This document shows, piece by piece, positions 33,033-42,716 of a stretch of 64,000 nucleotides of DNA. The DNA is taken from NCBI GenBank assembly GCA_015661075.1, contig JACVQJ010000004.1, positions 32,194 through 96,193 on the forward strand, in the 5' to 3' direction. The translations under genes were made by a program, and so were the position numbers. Below the pieces are notes generated by a model, which saw only the letters and a list, made by a program, of their open reading frames with translations, did no database searches and was not told the DNA's origin. The DNA comes from Parachlamydiales bacterium. Its GTDB lineage: Bacteria; Chlamydiota; Chlamydiia; Chlamydiales; SM23-39. Numbering within the stretch: the stretch's first letter is position 1; every line of letters starts with the position of its first letter.

Positions 33033-33941
33033 ATGGCACTAGCAAAGCGGGTCTTTCTCTTTTTATTGCTCAACATTCTCGTTATGCTGATGATTTCGCT
33101 GGTATTGAATCTGTTCAATGTCCGGCCATTTCTCACTCAATACGGCATCGACTATTCATCCCTCATGATTTTCTGCCTGATTTGGGGCATGGGCGGCGCG
33201 TTCATTTCTCTGGCTCTATCGCGCATCATGGCCAAATGGGCAATGGGCGTCGTGTTGATCGATCCGGACACAAAAGATCCCTCGCAGCGCGAACTGATCG
33301 ATATGGTTCGGTCCTTGACGCGCGATGCCGGCGTACCGATGCCGCAGGTGGGAATCTATCATTCCAACGAAGTCAACGCCTTTGCCACCGGTCCAACGCA
33401 AAACCGGGCGCTGGTTGCCGTTTCCAGCGGTCTTCTCCAAAGAATGCAGGAACAGGAAATCAAAGCTATTTTAGGACATGAAATCTCCCACATCGCCAAT
33501 GGCGACATGATTACGATGACGCTATTGCAAGGCGTTGTCAACGCGTTCGTGATGTTCCTCTCCCGCGTTTTGGCCTACATTTTTTCAGGCCTCGGCCGCA
33601 GCCGCGAAAACAACTCAGGCGGCGGCTATCTCAGCTATATCCTGTTCGTCTACCTGTTCGACGTCGTATTCATGCTCCTCGGATCCCTCGTGATTGCCGC
33701 CTATTCGCGCCGCCGCGAATTCCGAGCTGACACCGGAGGCGCCCGTCTCGCCGGGAAATCCAATATGATCGCAGCGCTCAGCTCGCTCCGCGTCCTGCAT
33801 GAGATCCGCGACCCTAAAACTGAAAATCCCGCGTTCAGTGCATTGAAAATTTCGACGCCGACAAAAAAGGGGCTTTTGCATCTTTTTGCCTCCCATCCCC
33901 CCATTGAAGAGCGAATTGAACGACTGAAGAATACAATATAA
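33033..33941 (+). CDS. htpX: Protease HtpX
   Basis: VNAFATG, HEISH zinc motif, RRREFRAD, FASHPPIEERI. Confidence 0.95.
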   Translation: MALAKRVFLFLLLNILVMLMISLVLNLFNVRPFLTQYGIDYSSLMIFCLIWGMGGAFISLALSRIMAKWAMGVVLIDPDTKDPSQRELIDMVRSLTRDAGVPMPQVGIYHSNEVNAFATGPTQNRALVAVSSGLLQRMQEQEIKAILGHEISHIANGDMITMTLLQGVVNAFVMFLSRVLAYIFSGLGRSRENNSGGGYLSYILFVYLFDVVFMLLGSLVIAAYSRRREFRADTGGARLAGKSNMIAALSSLRVLHEIRDPKTENPAFSALKISTPTKKGLLHLFASHPPIEERIERLKNTI

Positions 33942-33991
33942 TTTAATTGATTCTTTATATTATTAGCGAGGTTTGCTAATTTATTACGACG

Positions 33992-35101
33992 ATGAAAAAA
34001 CATAAGATCGTCGTTGGCATGTCTGGCGGCGTAGATTCTTCGGTTTCAGCCTACCTCCTCAAGCAGCAGGGGCACGACGTCACCGGATTTTTCATGAAAA
34101 ACTGGGAAGAAGCCGATGTGCAAGGGGTCTGCATGTCCACGCGCGACTATGAAGACGTCTCTGCTGTCTGCTCGCAGATCGGCATCCCCTACTATAGCGT
34201 TAATTTTGTGAAAGAATACCGCGAGGCGGTATTCGAGAAATTCCTTGACGATTGTAAAGCCGGCCTGACTCCCAACCCCGACGTTTTGTGCAACCGGGAG
34301 ATCAAATTCAAAGTTTTCATGAACAAAGCGATGGAATTCGGCGCTGATTTCCTCGCCACGGGCCACTATTGCCGCACGCAAGTATACAATGACAAAACCT
34401 GCCTTCTCAAGGGAACCGATCCGAACAAGGACCAAAGTTATTTTCTTCACGCCGTGAATCAATCGGCACTGGCCAAAACCCTGTTTCCGATTGGCCACCT
34501 GCTCAAGAGCCAGGTGAGAGCCATCGCCCGCGAGGCGAGTCTCGCCACATCCGAAAAAAAAGACAGCACCGGCCTCTGCTTCATCGGGGAGAGGAATTTT
34601 AAGCAGTTTCTGAGCCAATTCATCGGTTTCCAGAGCGGGCCGCTTCTCACCCTCGATGGCCGCATTGTGGGGCAGCATGATGGCTATGCCTACTATACGA
34701 TTGGCCAGCGCAAGGGAATCGGCCTCGGCGGCGAGGGCGAAGCCTGGTTCGTCGTGGGAAAAGACCCCGCCCGCAACGCCGTCTACGTAGAAAGGGGCGA
34801 AAAACATCCCGCACTCTACTTTGATGAACTGATCGCCCAGGAGCTGACCTGGATCAACGAGCCCCCTTCCCTGCCACACCGCTGTTTCGCCAAGATCCGC
34901 TACCGACAAAAAGATGTGCCCTGCGAGATCCTGTTGAACGATGACACTACTCTGCGCATCGCGTTCAATGATCCGCAACGAGCCGTGACTCCGGGCCAAT
35001 CCATCGTCTTCTACGACGGCGACATAACGCTCGGCGGAGGCGTCATCCGGCAAGCCGGCCCCAGTTATTTTGAGAGAGTGTCTACAAAGTCTAATTTTTA
35101 G
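33992..35101 (+). CDS. mnmA: tRNA 2-thiouridylase MnmA (last residues supplied by an IS end)
   Basis: VGMSGGVDSS, NPDVLCN, ATGHY, KDQSYFL, PGQSIVFY. Confidence 0.97.
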   Translation: MKKHKIVVGMSGGVDSSVSAYLLKQQGHDVTGFFMKNWEEADVQGVCMSTRDYEDVSAVCSQIGIPYYSVNFVKEYREAVFEKFLDDCKAGLTPNPDVLCNREIKFKVFMNKAMEFGADFLATGHYCRTQVYNDKTCLLKGTDPNKDQSYFLHAVNQSALAKTLFPIGHLLKSQVRAIAREASLATSEKKDSTGLCFIGERNFKQFLSQFIGFQSGPLLTLDGRIVGQHDGYAYYTIGQRKGIGLGGEGEAWFVVGKDPARNAVYVERGEKHPALYFDELIAQELTWINEPPSLPHRCFAKIRYRQKDVPCEILLNDDTTLRIAFNDPQRAVTPGQSIVFYDGDITLGGGVIRQAGPSYFERVSTKSNF

Positions 35102-35226
35102 TAGAATACTCGGCTTTCAACGAGGAAAGCTTCATGAGAAAGTCATATCCTGACGACCTAAATGACAAAGAGTGGGAGCAAATCAAACGGATGACTTCAC
35201 TATGAGATCATCTCACTGTTCTATTT

Positions 35227-35697
35227 CAGGGAAGGACAGGATAAGCAGGATCGCAAGCGGCAGGATATGCAAGATGATATAAGTGACTTACCTCATTCAG
35301 CCCTCACGAAAAAGATTCTGCAATCTTGCTTTGAAGTGATGAACACATTGGGCTGTGGATTCCTAGAATCTGTCTATAAAAATGCACTCATTATTGCATT
35401 GGTAGACAAGGGGTTAAGTGTGCACACTGACAAGGGATTTGAGGTCATATTTAAACATCGGAAGATCGGTCTGTTCGTCCCAGATGTCATCGTTGAGAAT
35501 TCCGTGATCGTAGAGTTGAAATGTTGTGAACATTTGTTGGCTGAGCATCAGGCCCAACTGATTAACTATTTGGCGGTTACCAATGTTCACGTTGGACTGT
35601 TAGTGAATTTTGGCAAAAGGCGTCTCGAGTACAAAAGAACTCATCGTCATCCTGCCCATCCTGCCGCTTGCGATCCTGCTTATCCTGTCCTTCCCTG
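35227..35697. repeat. Perfect 40-bp inverted repeats flanking the GxxExxY gene
   Basis: 35227-35266 is the exact reverse complement of 35658-35697. Confidence 0.9.
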
Positions 35698-35737
35698 GGA
35701 TAAAACGGTGGGACGAGCTTATGAAGCGACTTTGTAG
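35267..35737 (+). CDS. GxxExxY protein (PD-(D/E)xK nuclease-like)
   Basis: GCGFLESVY, PDVIVENSVIVELK, QLINYL, GLLVNFG. Confidence 0.92.
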   Translation: MQDDISDLPHSALTKKILQSCFEVMNTLGCGFLESVYKNALIIALVDKGLSVHTDKGFEVIFKHRKIGLFVPDVIVENSVIVELKCCEHLLAEHQAQLINYLAVTNVHVGLLVNFGKRRLEYKRTHRHPAHPAACDPAYPVLPWDKTVGRAYEATL

Positions 35738-35820
35738 ACACCCTCTGAGTCGTTCCCTCGGGTAAATTAAATTAATTGCTATTATTACACTTAAAACCAT
35801 ATCGACGTACAATAACCATC

Positions 35821-38196
35821 ATGACCACAACAAATGAATGTCAACCTCAGAATATTACGTCAACCCCAACTGTGGCGGCTCGCGCACACCATCCTCAAAA
35901 GAGTATGTGTGAAAAAATATGGAGAGCTGTCAAGCGTGCTTTTCACTGGATCCTGGTATTTTTCAGGATTGCAAAAGTTCCAAAACTTGATCCTATAAAG
36001 TCAGTCTCTTCAGCACCCCAACCAGTAGCAGGAAATTCACTTCCAGCTCCCAAAATAGTGCCAATCCAACAGCCAGCACCAGAACAAAAAAGAATCTCCT
36101 CATCTTTATCTGAGGCCCAGCCTATTGAGTCCTCTAACGATTTTGATGACTCCTTAAAGAGACTCTGCACATTTGTGGAAAAATTTGTCCAGGATTCTGT
36201 GACAGCCGCTTCAAAGCAGTTTGTCGAACCTCAGATAGAAGGCATTTCAAAATCGGCAGAAAATATACCTAAGCTGCTAGAGCAATTGGGAACTTTTGTT
36301 CTTGGAATTGGCGGAAATAAAAAACCAATTTTTGAACTCCTTAAAAACTGTATACCCGAGCAAGATGTAACTAACACAATCACCTCTTTAGTAGAAGGCA
36401 TCCAACCAGAAAACCGGCATCTCCTACAAGACGCATTAACGATCAAGTTAAAGGCTCTAGGACCTCAAGGCAATCAACCTGGAGTGAATTTTAACGGTTT
36501 TAATCTCAACGAGATTGCCCAAATCGCCCTCACTTGGGCCATAGACAAAAGGCAGGAAAAACTATATGACTTTTTCTCCAGATCCCTGCCAACCGATCCG
36601 AATAATAAATCCTGGATAGAGAAAAATAATGGTTGGCTCGACGTTGTCGCAGAACAGCTGGGTCATGTTTTGATTCATAGAAAGCTTGAAGAGTTAAAAG
36701 GAGGATGGGAAGATAAACTGATTCACAAGCTCACTGAAATTATCCCTCAGTGCCTGGAAAAAAATGGTGCCAAGCTTGGAAAAGTGCTATCGATCCGAAT
36801 TGCAACCCTTATTGAAAAACTCCCCTACTCCAGACTTTTCGACAACTTATTGACGGGCATAAATAAACATGCTGTTGATTATTCAAAAGCTCTATCTGAT
36901 CGTTCCCTTCCCGATAAAAGAGATAAAATTGCCTATGCCCATCAGTTGCTAAATGATGACAACAGCTCTGAGAAAGAGATCCTCGAAGCTAAACAATATT
37001 TAGAGAGTATTGGCGATGAACAAGAATACCTAAAAGCTGAATTGGAAAATCTGGTCATCCCACCGCCTCAAAGGGATTCTGATAACAGCAAAGCGATCGG
37101 AAAATTAGCCGATGAGCTCCAAAGACTCGTTCTGGGAGTCGAGTCTCTCACACAAGAACCCGATCACATTAGAAAAGAATACAACCTTAAACTGGAGACA
37201 TTATCTAAACTTAGCAATTTGGTTACTGAAAGTGTCAGTCCAGGCGAGGAAAATCCAAACAATAAAGTAGTAAGATACAGTCCAGAATTTGCAAAGCAAA
37301 TGACCGATCTTCTTTTAGAACTTCTTTTAGGTCCGCCTCAAAAAGCGCACGGGTATGAGGAGCTTCTAGGTCTTTTTGAACTTCCCAAAGAGATTGATGA
37401 CCTACTGAATCAGGTTTCTCAAATGATTGGAGCCATTGTTACCCCCCAGCGTCAGGTATATGTTAACGTAATCAAAGGCTTCTTAAAAAAAGCAATCGTT
37501 GCTTTTGTGCTGGACACCCTAAAAAAAGAGGTCGACAAGAAGTTTAGAGAAATTCTAGCAGACTTATTGGAAAAGTTTTACGTAAGCGATGTTTTCAATG
37601 AATTTTTGGCAGACATCATCCTTCCAAACTTTAATACCACACTTGAGGAAATGGTTAATGCCCCTCCTGAGCCAAACAACCCTGGGGGAGCAGAAATTGA
37701 ATCCCTTCCCATTTATGGAGAGCTCGCTGAAAATCTTGTTTGCAAGGTGGGTCAATTAGGGACACTGGGAAGCTATGCAGTTAGCTATCTAAAAAAACCC
37801 CTTGCCAAGGCTATCAGTCGTCAGATTCACGATTTTCGGGTATCCCACGTGAAGATTCTTCATTTAAGCTTGAATGGGCTCGAAAAAGCTTTCAATAGTC
37901 CCGATGTGCTAAGCCAACTGTTTTTCAGCGACAAAGCAAAACAATCAAGTGAAACAATTGAGAAAAAGCGCACGAGTGAGCTTGAGAAAACAGCCATTCT
38001 TCTCCATAAAATTACCCTGAAAAACCTCTCAGGACTCACCAAAATCGCTGTGGGTAAATATCTGGGCAAAGAAGGCGATCTCTTTAATGCAGTCATTGGA
38101 CGAATCCTAAACGGCTACCTGGGCAATGGGACCATAGCCAAAACTCTCACATTCCGCGTTGTCGAGGCCTTCCGCTTCGAACTCGCTCAACTTTAG
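35821..38196 (+). CDS. Large AT-rich hypothetical protein, effector-like
   Basis: About 790 aa; disordered S/T/P-rich N-terminus with a short hydrophobic patch; helical body. Confidence 0.65.
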   Translation: MTTTNECQPQNITSTPTVAARAHHPQKSMCEKIWRAVKRAFHWILVFFRIAKVPKLDPIKSVSSAPQPVAGNSLPAPKIVPIQQPAPEQKRISSSLSEAQPIESSNDFDDSLKRLCTFVEKFVQDSVTAASKQFVEPQIEGISKSAENIPKLLEQLGTFVLGIGGNKKPIFELLKNCIPEQDVTNTITSLVEGIQPENRHLLQDALTIKLKALGPQGNQPGVNFNGFNLNEIAQIALTWAIDKRQEKLYDFFSRSLPTDPNNKSWIEKNNGWLDVVAEQLGHVLIHRKLEELKGGWEDKLIHKLTEIIPQCLEKNGAKLGKVLSIRIATLIEKLPYSRLFDNLLTGINKHAVDYSKALSDRSLPDKRDKIAYAHQLLNDDNSSEKEILEAKQYLESIGDEQEYLKAELENLVIPPPQRDSDNSKAIGKLADELQRLVLGVESLTQEPDHIRKEYNLKLETLSKLSNLVTESVSPGEENPNNKVVRYSPEFAKQMTDLLLELLLGPPQKAHGYEELLGLFELPKEIDDLLNQVSQMIGAIVTPQRQVYVNVIKGFLKKAIVAFVLDTLKKEVDKKFREILADLLEKFYVSDVFNEFLADIILPNFNTTLEEMVNAPPEPNNPGGAEIESLPIYGELAENLVCKVGQLGTLGSYAVSYLKKPLAKAISRQIHDFRVSHVKILHLSLNGLEKAFNSPDVLSQLFFSDKAKQSSETIEKKRTSELEKTAILLHKITLKNLSGLTKIAVGKYLGKEGDLFNAVIGRILNGYLGNGTIAKTLTFRVVEAFRFELAQL

Positions 38197-39548
38197 AAAT
38201 CTACTCTGATAACGCCCTGTTTCAGAGCTGCGAGCATGGCTTGAGCGGTGTCATACCCCCTCAACTCTTCGCCTTCGAGAAAATAGATTTCCCGCGGCTG
38301 GATCGATTCGCACAAGACCTTGAGGCTTTCGCTTTGCAAGACGATGGTATCCACTTCCGGCAAAGAGGAGAGGAAATGGATGAATTCATCGTCGGGATGG
38401 CAGCCCTGCACATAGACGATCATCTCCTCCCCTTCATTTTGGGCCAGACTTCGGATGGAGCGAAACAGCGCATTCGACATCTTCTGGCCTTGCGGAAGGA
38501 CAAGAAGGGAATAACTCTTGTCTTTAAGAACCTGGCGCAGGGCATACGTATGGCTGTCGTCAAAGATCTTCGTATCCGTGTCATACTCGAGAAGACGGCG
38601 CGCCAGATCTGAGATGGTGATCTGAGCGCATCCAAGGCGCTCGATCGCGATGCCGGCGGCGATATTCGCCAGCTGGGCAGCAAAACGAATGTCGAGGCCA
38701 TTGGCCATCGCTGCGCTGAGGATAGCCAATACTGTGTCGCCGGCGCCTGTGACGTCCTTGACTTCGCGCGAGCGGACGGGGAAATCCTGGCGAGTGCGGG
38801 AGCGATCAAAAAGAGATATGCCCGCCTCGGAGCGGGTAATCAGCAGATGATCGACATCGGCAATTTCCAGAATCTTTTGCGCCACCGCATCCAGCTCTGC
38901 ATGGGGGCCTAGTCGGGCCGCCGCATAGGCCTCCGACTGATTCGGCTTGAGAATTGTTGCCCCTTTGTACTTGGCAAAATCGATGCCCTTCGGATCAACG
39001 ATCACCGGCACATGATACTTTTTGGCCCATCGGATTGTTTCGGCGATCAGCGACTCGGTCAGAAACCCTTTGCCATAATCGGAAATGGCAACGACCTTGG
39101 CTTGGGGGAGCAGTTCTTTCAGCTGCCAAATGACATTTTCTTCAAAAGCAGGATGGATGGGCGAGATCGTTTCAAAATCCACGCGCAGGAGTTGCTGACT
39201 ATCGGCAATCAGGCGGTTTTTGACCGGCGTCTGATACTCTTTTTGCGATAATAATCCCTGGATGACTACGCCCTCGTGACTCAAAGAGCTCTTCAACTGT
39301 TCGCCTTCAAAATCAAAGCCGATGCGGCCCAAGGCAAAAACCTTAGCCCCGAGAGCGGTTAAATTCAAAACCACGTTCCCCGCTCCGCCCGGGCGCGATT
39401 CCTGTTTTTCAACCTCCATCACCGGAACGGGCGCCTCGGGCGAAATCCTCTTCACGCGCCCCGTCGTATACTTATCGAGCATGAAATCGCCAATGACAAT
39501 GGCCTGGATCGGCTGAAAATGGCTGAGCGTTCCGGCTAGTTTTACCAT
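38193..39548 (-). CDS. hldE: HldE/RfaE heptose-7-phosphate kinase with degenerate C-terminal domain
   Basis: VIGDFMLDKY, RISPEAPVPV, GGAGNV, DVTGAGDT. Confidence 0.88.
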   Translation of the reverse strand: MVKLAGTLSHFQPIQAIVIGDFMLDKYTTGRVKRISPEAPVPVMEVEKQESRPGGAGNVVLNLTALGAKVFALGRIGFDFEGEQLKSSLSHEGVVIQGLLSQKEYQTPVKNRLIADSQQLLRVDFETISPIHPAFEENVIWQLKELLPQAKVVAISDYGKGFLTESLIAETIRWAKKYHVPVIVDPKGIDFAKYKGATILKPNQSEAYAAARLGPHAELDAVAQKILEIADVDHLLITRSEAGISLFDRSRTRQDFPVRSREVKDVTGAGDTVLAILSAAMANGLDIRFAAQLANIAAGIAIERLGCAQITISDLARRLLEYDTDTKIFDDSHTYALRQVLKDKSYSLLVLPQGQKMSNALFRSIRSLAQNEGEEMIVYVQGCHPDDEFIHFLSSLPEVDTIVLQSESLKVLCESIQPREIYFLEGEELRGYDTAQAMLAALKQGVIRVDF

Positions 39549-40522
39549 CGGGCGCTTCTCAATAAATATTCCTGTACGTATTCCCGCACCGATTCCGCGA
39601 TGGGCGCCGAAATGTGGCGAGGAAAACAGCGATGGAATTTGCGCATATCGGCGCAAGTGTAGTTCTGATACTGCTTCGCCAAATCGCAGGGCATGTCGAT
39701 ATATTCGATGTTCGATGCTTGGTTAATGGCACCGAACAAGGCATGCGCCAGATGATTCCAGGTCGCCGGCTCGCCCCGTCCGATGTTGAACAATCCGGCC
39801 AGGCTCCGATGCTCCGGTTCGAGGAAATCGCACGTCATGCGCACGGCGTCTTTGATGTAGATAAAATCACGGCACTGCTCCCCGTCCTTGAAACGATGCG
39901 GCTGAGTCGACTTATACAAACGAATCACGCCCTCATCTTGCGCCTTTTGCGTCATCTTGAGCACCATCGACGCCATGCGCCCTTTATGATACTCGTTCGG
40001 GCCGAATACGTTGAAATACTTCAGCCCGACTGCTTTTTTCAGCCCGCCCTCGCGCTTCAGCCACAGATCGACCAGGTGTTTTGAAAAACCGTACATGTTG
40101 AGCGGGCGCAACGACTCCAGCGCATCTTCATCGTCGGAAAAACCAAGCGTTCCATCTCCATACGTCGCTGCCGACGAGGCGTAGATGAACCGCTTGTTGT
40201 GAGACAGAGCCCATTCGGCCAATTTCACGGAAAAGCGATAGTTGTTTTCCATGAGATAATCGCCATTTTTCTCTTCGGTATCCGAGCAGGCCCCCAAATG
40301 GATGACGGCATCGATTTCTCTCTCTTTCCCATGAAGGTAATCAAAGATCTTGTGACGTGAAATGAAATCGTAGAACTTTTTGCCGACGAGATTTTTCCAC
40401 TTATCAGATTCCTTAAAATCGTCGACGAGCAACAAATCGGAAAATCCACGATCATTCAAGCAGCGCACGACGCCGGATCCGATCATACCCGCCGCGCCTG
40501 TAATGACAATGAATTGGCTCAT
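39542..40522 (-). CDS. hldD: ADP-L-glycero-D-manno-heptose-6-epimerase
   Basis: ITGAAGMIGS, YASSAATYG, PLNMYGFSK, YFNVFGPNEYHKGRMAS. Confidence 0.94.
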   Translation of the reverse strand: MSQFIVITGAAGMIGSGVVRCLNDRGFSDLLLVDDFKESDKWKNLVGKKFYDFISRHKIFDYLHGKEREIDAVIHLGACSDTEEKNGDYLMENNYRFSVKLAEWALSHNKRFIYASSAATYGDGTLGFSDDEDALESLRPLNMYGFSKHLVDLWLKREGGLKKAVGLKYFNVFGPNEYHKGRMASMVLKMTQKAQDEGVIRLYKSTQPHRFKDGEQCRDFIYIKDAVRMTCDFLEPEHRSLAGLFNIGRGEPATWNHLAHALFGAINQASNIEYIDMPCDLAKQYQNYTCADMRKFHRCFPRHISAPIAESVREYVQEYLLRSARW

Positions 40523-40557
40523 TCTTCCTCTTGGAAAGCATCAGAATGTAGCAGAAA

Positions 40558-41466
40558 TTATCGGGGTATGCAATACCATGTTTCAGCTGTGCGCTGAATC
40601 GAGCGAAAAGGGAGATCGTTGAACAGCCTGCTCGAAGCGCAATCCCGCCCCTTCAGGGGCGGGTAAGCCGAGCTATTTATTTTATCGGGCGCTTTTAAGC
40701 GCCCGCCATTAGCTGTCGAAGAATCTCCGCCGAGACAAAAAAAGGCAGTGCCGCTGCCCGTCATACAGACGTAGCGAAATCCATTTTTTTGCAGCTGCTC
40801 TTTGAAATGGACGAGTCGCGGCTCGATGCGAAACGCGGCTTTTTCCAGGTCATTGAAATAAAGCGGCACTCCCGCTTGATAGCTCTTCAAAACCTGTTCG
40901 GGATCAACGGGATCGAGCTCGCCAATCTTCGTCTCGCGATACACCAGAGGCGTGGAGAGTCCGTAGGAAGGCTTGGCCAGACAGCCCTCGATGAACATAT
41001 GCCGGATGGGTTCCAGAATCTCGCCCCGGCCGGTGCAATAGGCCGTTCCCAGAGACAGAAAAAAAGCGACATCGGATCCGATTTGCGCTCCCATCGATTG
41101 GATAGCGCCCAAAGAAGCCCGCCTCCCCGCTCGCTGATTCAAGGCCCACAAAACAGTGGCTGCGTTCGAACTGCCGCCGCCCAGGCCCGACTGCATCGGA
41201 ATACGCTTATCCAGATGGATATGAACGTTCGGGCACTCATAATGCGAACGAAAGAGCTGGAGGGCTTTGTACGCCAGATTGGATGCGTCGCAAGGAAGAT
41301 TTGGATCAGTGCAGGTCAGGCGGTCCGATGGAGCATCGGACAGCGTGATGTGATCGGCCAGATCAATCGCCTGATAAATCGATGCGATCGAATGGTAACC
41401 ATCCGGTCGTTTGTTTAATACGCGAAAAAACAGATTGAGCTTGGCCGGAGAAAGATAATGAGTCAT
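40558..41466 (-). CDS. ispE: 4-(cytidine 5'-diphospho)-2-C-methyl-D-erythritol kinase with an in-frame repeat insertion
   Basis: SPAKLNLF, GLGGGSSNAA, NDLE, MTGSG motifs. Confidence 0.93.
   Translation of the reverse strand: MTHYLSPAKLNLFFRVLNKRPDGYHSIASIYQAIDLADHITLSDAPSDRLTCTDPNLPCDASNLAYKALQLFRSHYECPNVHIHLDKRIPMQSGLGGGSSNAATVLWALNQRAGRRASLGAIQSMGAQIGSDVAFFLSLGTAYCTGRGEILEPIRHMFIEGCLAKPSYGLSTPLVYRETKIGELDPVDPEQVLKSYQAGVPLYFNDLEKAAFRIEPRLVHFKEQLQKNGFRYVCMTGSGTAFFCLGGDSSTANGGRLKAPDKINSSAYPPLKGRDCASSRLFNDLPFRSIQRTAETWYCIPR
40619..40731 (+). repeat. Diverged full-length TTGAA palindromic repeat inside the ispE coding sequence
   Basis: TTGAAC...CCCGCCCCTTCAGGGGCGGG...AGCTATTT...AAGAATCTCC matches 50906-51034. 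Confidence 0.75.
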
Positions 41467-41493
41467 AGGGCCCCTCGAGGAGCCCTTAAAAAA

Positions 41494-42039
41494 TTAAGCA
41501 TCAGCGGGGGGCGTTGGCTTGGCTTCTTGTGCGATCGGCTCCTCGACAGGAATCGGGGCTACGACCGATTCGAGGCCGGTAGCAACGATGCCTTCGGGAA
41601 TGATCGTCAGCTGGCAAATCAACTCGACGCCTTCCTTGAGCTTCAAAGTAATTTTGTGCACGCCGGTCACTTTGATCGGACGGGTCAGCTGCACAAACTT
41701 GCGATCGACTGGAAGGCCGCTCTCCTGAAAGAGCGTCGCAATGTCAGATGCTGATACCGAGCCGTACATGTGGCCTTCAGGATCAACCTTGACGCGCGTT
41801 TCCAAAACAACCGTCTCGATCTGCTTGGCCAGATCTTCCGATTCCTTGCGGTCGATGACAGCCTGTTTAGCCCTCTCCTCGCGCAGCCTTTCTTGCTTGC
41901 GCAAAGTATTGGGGCTGGCGATGACAGCGAGTCGTTGCGGCAGAAGAAAATTGCGCACATAACCGCTTTTAGCGCTGACGACATCGCCCTTTTTTCCGAG
42001 CGCTTCGACATCCTTTAGCAATAGCAATTGCAATTTCAT
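41494..42039 (-). CDS. rplI: 50S ribosomal protein L9
   Basis: LGKKGDVVSAKSGYVRNFLLPQ, MYGSVSA. Confidence 0.96.
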   Translation of the reverse strand: MKLQLLLLKDVEALGKKGDVVSAKSGYVRNFLLPQRLAVIASPNTLRKQERLREERAKQAVIDRKESEDLAKQIETVVLETRVKVDPEGHMYGSVSASDIATLFQESGLPVDRKFVQLTRPIKVTGVHKITLKLKEGVELICQLTIIPEGIVATGLESVVAPIPVEEPIAQEAKPTPPADA

Positions 42040-42051
42040 GATCCCCTCCGT

Positions 42052-42315
42052 TTATTCTTCAGCGACAAACGGGATCAGGGCCATGTGACGAGCGCGCTTG
42101 ATCGCCTGCTTGAGCAGATTTTGATAATAATGCGAAACACCGGTGATGCGGCGGGGCAAAATCTTTCCACGCTCAGTGATAAATTGCTTGAGCGTTTCGA
42201 TATCTTTGTAGTCGATTTCTTTGACTTTGTTCGCAGTAAAAGGGCAGCTCTTGCGTTTCTTCGCAAAAATTGAATCCCCGCTCGGTGGTCTGCGTGAGTA
42301 GCTGGTTTGTTCCAT
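42052..42315 (-). CDS. rpsR: 30S ribosomal protein S18
   Basis: IDYKD...[15 protein letters not shown]. Confidence 0.96.
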   Translation of the reverse strand: MEQTSYSRRPPSGDSIFAKKRKSCPFTANKVKEIDYKDIETLKQFITERGKILPRRITGVSHYYQNLLKQAIKRARHMALIPFVAEE

Positions 42316-42325
42316 ATTCAATCTC

Positions 42326-42670
42326 CTACTGCGCCATTTTTAATAATGGAAATTCAAGAGTCTCTTGAACGTTTTCAGTGCGAATCGTCTGAAAGCGGAT
42401 CAAATCCTCATGGAGGTGGTATTCTTTCCAAAGTTCCTGGATGATCGATGTCGGCGCGGTAAAAAACACGACGTAATAAATCCCTTCGCGCTTCGAATCG
42501 ATATCATAGGCGAGTTTCCTGCGCCCCATTTCATGGACCTTTTCAATCTTCCCCGCCTTCTCGGTGATCCCTGTCAGGATCTTGTCGAAGGCCTTTTTAC
42601 GGGAATCCTCGCTGAGCGTCGCGCTCAGGATGTACATCCCCTCATAAAGGGCTATTCTCTCTTTTCTCAT
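42326..42670 (-). CDS. rpsF: 30S ribosomal protein S6
   Basis: [16 protein letters not shown], upstream of rpsR. Confidence 0.94.
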   Translation of the reverse strand: MRKERIALYEGMYILSATLSEDSRKKAFDKILTGITEKAGKIEKVHEMGRRKLAYDIDSKREGIYYVVFFTAPTSIIQELWKEYHLHEDLIRFQTIRTENVQETLEFPLLKMAQ

Positions 42671-42716
42671 TTACTTCCTTTGGGTTGGGATGAACCTTTG
42701 CTCGACTTTGTACATG

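Larger units (their letters stand above)
35074..35745 (+). mobile_element. Non-autonomous IS5 (IS1031-type) element carrying a GxxExxY gene
   Basis: 18-bp TIRs GAGAGTGTCTACAAAGTC / GACTTTGTAGACACCCTC, TGA duplicated at 35071-73 and 35746-48; transposase stub MRKSYPDDLNDKEWEQI at 35134-35205. Confidence 0.85.

Noticed and set aside
34046..35053. Long antisense ORFs over core genes (for example 34046-35053, 8448-9233, 52506-53114)
   Set aside because: Shadow frames expected from GC-rich codon usage opposite mnmA, clpB and glyQS.
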